NCBI GenBank assembly: GCA_963667725.2
Contig: CAXXHO010000003.1
Span: forward strand, 448,001-512,000
Reading direction: 5' to 3'
Origin: Treponemataceae bacterium
GTDB taxonomy: Bacteria; Spirochaetota; Spirochaetia; Treponematales; Rectinemataceae
Length of the DNA: 64,000 bases
Shown here: in pieces, positions 59,131-64,000 of the stretch
How positions within the stretch are numbered: the first letter of the stretch is position 1
Layout of the letters: each line of letters opens with the position of its first letter
Position numbers and translations under genes: made by a program
Notes under the pieces: model-generated
What the model saw: the letters and a program-made list of their open reading frames with translations, nothing else
What the model was told of the DNA's origin: nothing
Databases searched by the model: none

Positions 59131-59775
59131 CTACGCCACAGCGGCGATTGCCCCGTTTGAAATCCTTCCCTTGAGCTCACCAATCAACTCGCCAAGTTTC
59201 GCCCCCAAATCCTCGACCGCTGTGTATGCCATGAGTTCGTCCTGGATCACTTCGAGTTTTCCGATGAGTTCCCGGATCCCCTGCGGCACCTGATCACCCT
59301 CTGATTCCCTCGCATCACTTACCGCCGGCACCGGATCGTCATAGGGACGCATCGTCTCGGGTTTTGCCGAAACCGTCTCACGAGGGAAGGGCTGTGGCCC
59401 TGGGAAAGGCTTCTTCGTCTCAGCTCTGCCTGCGTTTGTCTCACCTCTGACTTCGATCCGTACTTTTACAGGCGCCTCGATGACCTGGGGATTGTCCACG
59501 AAGGCCAACACTTCCTGAGGGCCGTGTTTCGTACTCTCCACTTTGACGAGGGAGAAGAGGATCTCCTTCGCCTGGGACTTCCGGTACTCGATGGCCGCGA
59601 CGGTATTGTCCCACTCGAAGCATTTGTGGAGTTCGGAGTTCTTCTTCAAGTACGCTTCCTGAACCAGATCCTTCGGCCGTACCGACGCCCCGCCGATTGT
59701 CAGGATCTCGCGCGCGATCGCCTGAGGGTCCGCCTTCTTCGCTAGGGGGGAGTCCTCTTTCCACTTGTACACCAT
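59131..59775 (-). CDS. Phage protein, putative partner of the Cas7-like gene
   Basis: AAGGAG RBS; motif LHKCFEWDNTVAAIEYRKSQA. Confidence 0.7.
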   Translation of the reverse strand: MVYKWKEDSPLAKKADPQAIAREILTIGGASVRPKDLVQEAYLKKNSELHKCFEWDNTVAAIEYRKSQAKEILFSLVKVESTKHGPQEVLAFVDNPQVIEAPVKVRIEVRGETNAGRAETKKPFPGPQPFPRETVSAKPETMRPYDDPVPAVSDARESEGDQVPQGIRELIGKLEVIQDELMAYTAVEDLGAKLGELIGELKGRISNGAIAAVA

Positions 59776-59787
59776 TCACTACTCCTT

Positions 59788-59921
59788 ACTGTGTTTCCAC
59801 AGTGCCGTCTGATGCCACCTTGCAGGGAGATCCCCTTCAAGGCCATTCTTTGCCGGGCATATGACACGCCCAACCGCGCCTCGCCATGACTAGCAAAACC
59901 TCGCCGGACCAAACCTTTACC
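59788..59921 (-). ncRNA. Candidate guide-like RNA: GGY-NN pentamer tract with 3' hairpin
   Basis: 11 in-phase pentamers at 59861-59915 (8 GGY, 3 one-mismatch variants); GAAA-tetraloop hairpin at 59788-59803. Confidence 0.65.
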
Positions 59922-59927
59922 TATCTG

Positions 59928-60548
59928 CTACTTTGAAGATTCTTCTGTTTTGTTGGCCGACTCGATGGCCACATGGAAACAGCCGAACTGACCATCGCAC
60001 TCCGGTCTCCATTCCCCCACACCGACACCGAATCCCGCCAGGTTGAACAGGTTTACGAGCTGTTCGAGGCTGATCTTGTCCGCGTTGAACCGTACCCGCA
60101 CTGACGTCGTCCATGTCCTGAACTCAGGTCGATAGCGTATGTCGGCGACGCCCATGCCGACGCGGACCGTGTCCTCCCTCATCGAAGGCTCGCCCTCGAT
60201 GGCGACGAGATCGCTTCCGTTCTCTCCATCGATGAAGAAGGATCCCCGGAGCTCCGTCATCTTCATGCCTTCGGCGAACCGTCCGCCGGCGGATACCGCG
60301 GCAGCCTTGAACCCGATAGCGGGGAAGCCATAACGCCCGTCCGGAAGACGGTAGAACGATGCCTGGTATTCCTCTTCCGGATCCTTGGCAACTCGTGCGT
60401 TTTTGGCTTTCTTCATCTGCTTGTCGAGCATGGCTTTCTTAACCTTCTCGCTCCATGCATGGACGATGAGGGGTGTATCCCCGATGATGCGGATCTCGGT
60501 GTATTTGACGTTGATCGGTTTGATTTCGATGACTTCAAGATTTGCCAT
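59928..60548 (-). CDS. Stand-alone Cas7/RAMP-like protein (VIPR-like)
   Basis: IIGDTPLIVH first strand, GFPAIGFKAAAVSAG, RYRPEF, C-terminal G-rich loop AGFGVGVGEWRP...GQFGCF. Confidence 0.7.
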   Translation of the reverse strand: MANLEVIEIKPINVKYTEIRIIGDTPLIVHAWSEKVKKAMLDKQMKKAKNARVAKDPEEEYQASFYRLPDGRYGFPAIGFKAAAVSAGGRFAEGMKMTELRGSFFIDGENGSDLVAIEGEPSMREDTVRVGMGVADIRYRPEFRTWTTSVRVRFNADKISLEQLVNLFNLAGFGVGVGEWRPECDGQFGCFHVAIESANKTEESSK

Positions 60549-60966
60549 GTACGTACTCCTTTGACTTTTCTGTCTTCTCTTTAATCCAGGAAACGGGGAT
60601 CGCCCCGCGGTATAGGTACCAATGGGAACCGTCGGAATGCCCCGCGAGATTGAACAGCATGAGATCCATGGGGCTCATGTGGAAGATCATGCGGGCAGCC
60701 GTATTCCATGGAACCACGCTTGAACCTTCTTGGATCTCGATCGTGAAGCGAACCTCCGTGCGGTCACCGCACTTTCCCGTCAGGTTCGTCGCCCAGTGTT
60801 GAGCGGTGAACCTGGGATCATCGGTGAGCCAGAGATAGCCGCGGAATACCCTGGATCCGTCTTTGTAGGGGAGGTACACGCCGCCCACGGCTATTCCTTC
60901 CCGTACTATCCCTTTTGCGCATTCGCGGTTCGTAAAATGGTACAGCTTCACTCTTTCTGCCTCCAT
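60535..60966 (-). CDS. Hypothetical protein, possible ADP-ribosyltransferase fold
   Basis: LYHFT...GIVREGI and YLWLTDDP resemble ART core strands. Confidence 0.5.
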   Translation of the reverse strand: MEAERVKLYHFTNRECAKGIVREGIAVGGVYLPYKDGSRVFRGYLWLTDDPRFTAQHWATNLTGKCGDRTEVRFTIEIQEGSSVVPWNTAARMIFHMSPMDLMLFNLAGHSDGSHWYLYRGAIPVSWIKEKTEKSKEYVHGKS

Positions 60967-60978
60967 CAGGCACCCCTC

Positions 60979-61016
60979 TCATGATGGTGTCATGATCCGT
61001 CATGACAGCGTCATGA
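60979..61016. promoter_or_regulatory. Helically phased TCATGA palindrome array
   Basis: TCATGA at 60979, 60990, 61000, 61011. Confidence 0.6.
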
Positions 61017-61039
61017 TTCACTTCAGTTTCATCTCTTCC

Positions 61040-61294
61040 TCAAAACGGGATATCATCATCGCCAGCTGCGTCAGGAGCTGTGGGTACGGAATTCTCACGA
61101 GGGAACCATGCTTCGATGAAATAGAGCGGGAATTTGCCGCCTTCGACATACTTTTCATTCTTCACGAGCCGGCAGAAAAGCTTCTCCCCTGCAGGCAGAT
61201 TGATACCGATATCGCTCTCGATTTCTCCGGAGACCGAAACGATCTTTACTCCATTCTCTTCTTTCACCTTCTTCCACAGCGATCCTATCCTCAC
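61040..61294 (-). CDS. Small putative ssDNA-binding protein (DUF736-like) with SSB-type tail
   Basis: IGSLWKK N-terminus; acidic DDDIPF C-terminus. Confidence 0.65.
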   Translation of the reverse strand: MRIGSLWKKVKEENGVKIVSVSGEIESDIGINLPAGEKLFCRLVKNEKYVEGGKFPLYFIEAWFPRENSVPTAPDAAGDDDIPF

Positions 61295-61512
61295 CTCAAA
61301 CCTCCTTTACTAACGTCAAAGATTGTAAAAACCCTCCCTAGGGCGTACTCTTGAAGTACGACCAACAATTTCTTCCCGAAGGAGGGACAAACGCGCACTT
61401 TTGGAATTGAAGAATGGGAAGTTTTTGCTGTTCTAAACTGCCCTATCTGCGGTGAACCAATCGGATTGAGTCGTGAACAAATCACGAGCATGCTTGAATC
61501 GAGGAAGTTCAC
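61291..61512 (-). CDS. Hypothetical protein
   Basis: ORF with start/stop overlaps to both neighbours. Confidence 0.35.
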   Translation of the reverse strand: MNFLDSSMLVICSRLNPIGSPQIGQFRTAKTSHSSIPKVRVCPSFGKKLLVVLQEYALGRVFTIFDVSKGGLR

Positions 61513-61871
61513 GTTCTCTTGCTCCCGGGGGCTTGTCTCTGAATTTCATCCCCTTGCGTTGAAGAAGGCTCTCGAGAAAGGCGATCGGGATCAAATGCAG
61601 AAACGGGAATCAAGATCGGGAAGATGATCCCCTCAGGAGCACCGTAGAAATTGTTGTAGATGGAGGCGCCCATCTCCTCCAGGAGTGCAGCGAGCTTGGC
61701 TTCAAAGGCGATTCTTCCGCCCCACCGGGTGTAGCGCATCATGTTTTCCCAACATTCCGGCTGTATTGCCGAAACGCCCCGCACAGTGTCTTCCTTTCCG
61801 ATCTCCAGGAGTTCCGAATAGAAGACTTTGAACGCTTCGAGCATCATTTCTTCATAGGATTGATTAGGCAT
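61509..61871 (-). CDS. Hypothetical phage protein
   Basis: GAGGA RBS before MPNQSY; in the co-oriented gene run. Confidence 0.55.
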   Translation of the reverse strand: MPNQSYEEMMLEAFKVFYSELLEIGKEDTVRGVSAIQPECWENMMRYTRWGGRIAFEAKLAALLEEMGASIYNNFYGAPEGIIFPILIPVSAFDPDRLSREPSSTQGDEIQRQAPGSKRT

Positions 61872-61918
61872 TCTTTTCCTCTTGTTTCCTGTGGGGGTGC
61901 ATCCTGGGGGCGAAAAAT

Positions 61919-62194
61919 TCAATCATGGACGGGGTTCTCCTTGCTCTTTGAATCAGCGACACCGCTCGCTTGATCAACCAAAAGGGTTGTACCGTCATCC
62001 GGAAGTCTGATCTCGATGTTGAGTGTGTTGAATGCATTTGAACCGCGGATGATGACCTCGGCATCGAGACCGGCGTCCTTGAGCATCCCTGCGATCTCAT
62101 CGAAGATGGCGCGGACTGCTTTCTGTCGAATGGCTTTCGCCTTTGTATAGGCGACAACCGATTCCCGCATTGAATCACTCGCTTTCAAATACAA
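61919..62194 (-). CDS. Hypothetical phage protein
   Basis: AGGAGG RBS; in the co-oriented gene run. Confidence 0.6.
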   Translation of the reverse strand: MYLKASDSMRESVVAYTKAKAIRQKAVRAIFDEIAGMLKDAGLDAEVIIRGSNAFNTLNIEIRLPDDGTTLLVDQASGVADSKSKENPVHD

Positions 62195-62201
62195 CCTCCT
62201 T

Positions 62202-62537
62202 TCATGCTTCTTGCGGTAGTTTCACCGCACTCAAGTCAAAACGATCCTTCAGCCAAGAAACCGCATTGGCGATCGCCTCCTCGCGGGAATGGGCCGCATA
62301 CGCAGGTCCATGTGCCCTGAAGGGCTGGAAATCACCGCCGCATCCTTTCACGGGGATGGCATAGCGCATGCCCCATATCCATAGACCATTCTCGAGCTTC
62401 CGAAGCTTGACCTTTCCATACTGGAAGGGGACTTCCTCGACCGGGATCCGCGCATCGAGCGCATAGGGATCCTCGGCGTGGAGCGCCTCCTTGGGGATCT
62501 GCTTCGTCATGTCAAGCTCGAGTTGCCCTTTGCTCAT
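62202..62537 (-). CDS. Hypothetical phage protein
   Basis: ATGA overlap with the upstream gene. Confidence 0.6.
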   Translation of the reverse strand: MSKGQLELDMTKQIPKEALHAEDPYALDARIPVEEVPFQYGKVKLRKLENGLWIWGMRYAIPVKGCGGDFQPFRAHGPAYAAHSREEAIANAVSWLKDRFDLSAVKLPQEA

Positions 62538-63472
62538 AGCGCCTTGTCCTTCGGAAGTCCGGCAGTGAGCGCCTCGCCGGGATCCTCAGCACACGGGGCG
62601 GTATCCGTCCCTGCAGGTGCAGCATCGTTCGCCTGTCTGGGTTCCGGATCTTCCAATGCCTCGATTTCGCGCGAGAGTTCGTCGATCCTGCGTTCCACCC
62701 GTTCTTTCTTCTTGTATTCCCCGGAGAGTTCCTTCTTGGCGCGCTCAAGACGCTCTTCGTCCGTTTCCGCTTCCCCCGGATCGAAGCGGGGATCGATTAC
62801 TTTCTTCTGTCGGCAAACCGCCTTGATCTGTTGGATCGAGCATCCCTGGTTCGCCATAGCGGCCGCGTGGCTCATGTCCTCGCCCTGGCTCACGATCGCT
62901 TCCACGAGGGAAGGCGAGCCCGCGGTCTCGACATTGCTCAACGCGACGTTGTGCTGCGCTTTGACGAGGTTCTGGGCGTGGTTCCTTGGGATCCGCGCAT
63001 GACGATCGAGGAAGTCCTCCAAGCGGGCGCCCTTTTCCTGGGAGAGGGTCTCCATCTCGGCGATTGCTTGCCCTAGCTTTCTATTGAGTTCGTTCTGCTG
63101 CCGCTGAAGTTCGAGGATCTCTTCACGTTTCGCCTTCAGCGCTTCGTCCTCGAGGTAGGGATCCACATAGACACCGGCTTCGATCGCCAGCTTCAGAAGG
63201 GAGTGGAAGAGCGCCCAGAAGGCGATCGAGTGCGCGTTCCTTCCTGAGACGAGATTGCGGGTATGTGCAAGGTGGTGCGTAAACTCGTGGAGGGCGGTAT
63301 ATATGAGAGCGTTGTCGTTCGTGAAATTCTTGTTGTGAAGGACGATCGAGGCGAGGGCAGGCTTGTAGAGGCCGTTCACCCGGCAGGAGGCTTTTCCTGA
63401 GAACACGAGGGTGAAGTCCGGACAGGGAACCTTCAAAGAAAGAAGCTTCTCCTTCACCTGATCCTGGTTCAT
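62534..63472 (-). CDS. SprT-like zincin domain protein with coiled coil
   Basis: NGLY, TALHEFTHH (HExxH), distal HSIAFW. Confidence 0.65.
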   Translation of the reverse strand: MNQDQVKEKLLSLKVPCPDFTLVFSGKASCRVNGLYKPALASIVLHNKNFTNDNALIYTALHEFTHHLAHTRNLVSGRNAHSIAFWALFHSLLKLAIEAGVYVDPYLEDEALKAKREEILELQRQQNELNRKLGQAIAEMETLSQEKGARLEDFLDRHARIPRNHAQNLVKAQHNVALSNVETAGSPSLVEAIVSQGEDMSHAAAMANQGCSIQQIKAVCRQKKVIDPRFDPGEAETDEERLERAKKELSGEYKKKERVERRIDELSREIEALEDPEPRQANDAAPAGTDTAPCAEDPGEALTAGLPKDKAL

Positions 63473-63999
63473 ACGGTTGCCTCCGCAATCGTCGTATCGC
63501 GGGCACTTTCATCGTTAGGAATCTCGTCTTCAGTGGCATCGTCAGCATCATCGTTTTCGCCGGGGGCGCCCCGCGGGTCGATATCGTCTGCGGTCAGGCC
63601 GTAGGCTCCGGCGATCTCCTCGAGGAGCGGGGCGGTCTCGATTCCCGCGGCTGTGGCTCCTTCAACGAGAGAGCGATCGACGCCTGCGCTGTACTGGTTC
63701 ACTTTCGTATGGATCCCGAAGGCGAAGACGAGAAGAAGCCGCTCGAGGCTTCCCCGGTAGAGCGTCTCCAGGTGGTTTTTCAGGAAGGTGTTGTTATAGT
63801 CCGGATCCTCCCATCCTTGGAGCTTCGTGATCCGGCTCTGGCCGTCGAAGCCAAGGCTCTTCCATATCTGAAGGAGCGAACGCCTGAGGAGAGGCAGGGA
63901 AATCCCTTCCTCTTCATGGAAGGAGCCCATGATCCCTTCGTAGAGCCCCAGGGCGTATTCATTCCTCGCCTTCTCGATCTTCTTCTCCCGGGCTCGCGC
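63469..63999 (-). CDS. Hypothetical protein, C-terminal part (starts beyond window)
   Basis: Frame stays open to the window edge (ARAREKKIEKARNEYALGLYEGIMGSF...). Confidence 0.6.
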   Translation of the reverse strand, partial: ARAREKKIEKARNEYALGLYEGIMGSFHEEEGISLPLLRRSLLQIWKSLGFDGQSRITKLQGWEDPDYNNTFLKNHLETLYRGSLERLLLVFAFGIHTKVNQYSAGVDRSLVEGATAAGIETAPLLEEIAGAYGLTADDIDPRGAPGENDDADDATEDEIPNDESARDTTIAEATV

Positions 64000-64000
64000 T

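Larger units (their letters stand above)
46785..64000. mobile_element. Integrated phage-like/satellite element with cargo (right end outside window)
   Basis: att-like remnant, AT-richer cargo, attC-like sites, rep gene with iterons, dense co-oriented small phage-type ORFs. Confidence 0.7.

Overview
Bacterial chromosome segment, probably a free-living spirochaete (inferred from the folP-cdaA-cdaR-acpS-truA, rny-ymdB and carD-ispDF gene orders and spirochaete-type attC-like sites). 1-46.7 kb is GC-rich housekeeping and metabolic DNA: a c-di-AMP operon, rny, tRNA-Leu, a 2-oxoacid:ferredoxin oxidoreductase + methylmalonyl-CoA mutase + Na+-pumping decarboxylase cluster, thrA, a TAXI-TRAP transporter, ispDF, ftsH, cls and sod. 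At ~46.79 kb, a 12-bp tRNA-Glu-like 3'-end remnant followed by a terminator marks the probable att boundary of an integrated element that runs off the right edge. The element carries (i) a four-lipoprotein DUF3160/MEMO1/AMMECR1/CapA locus, (ii) two attC-bounded cassette-like genes (Fic, serine hydrolase) nested between three diverged copies of a rep-3'-end/small-ORF module, and (iii) a minus-strand phage-like early region with an iteron-containing replication gene. Top finding: a stand-alone Cas7/RAMP-like gene (59928-60548) immediately followed by a non-coding 5-nt-periodic GGY-NN tract and a conserved-looking partner gene, a candidate RNA-guided, CRISPR-array-independent system (VIPR-like). 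Read with every third target base skipped, its NN code partially matches a gene 1.2 kb away in codon register.
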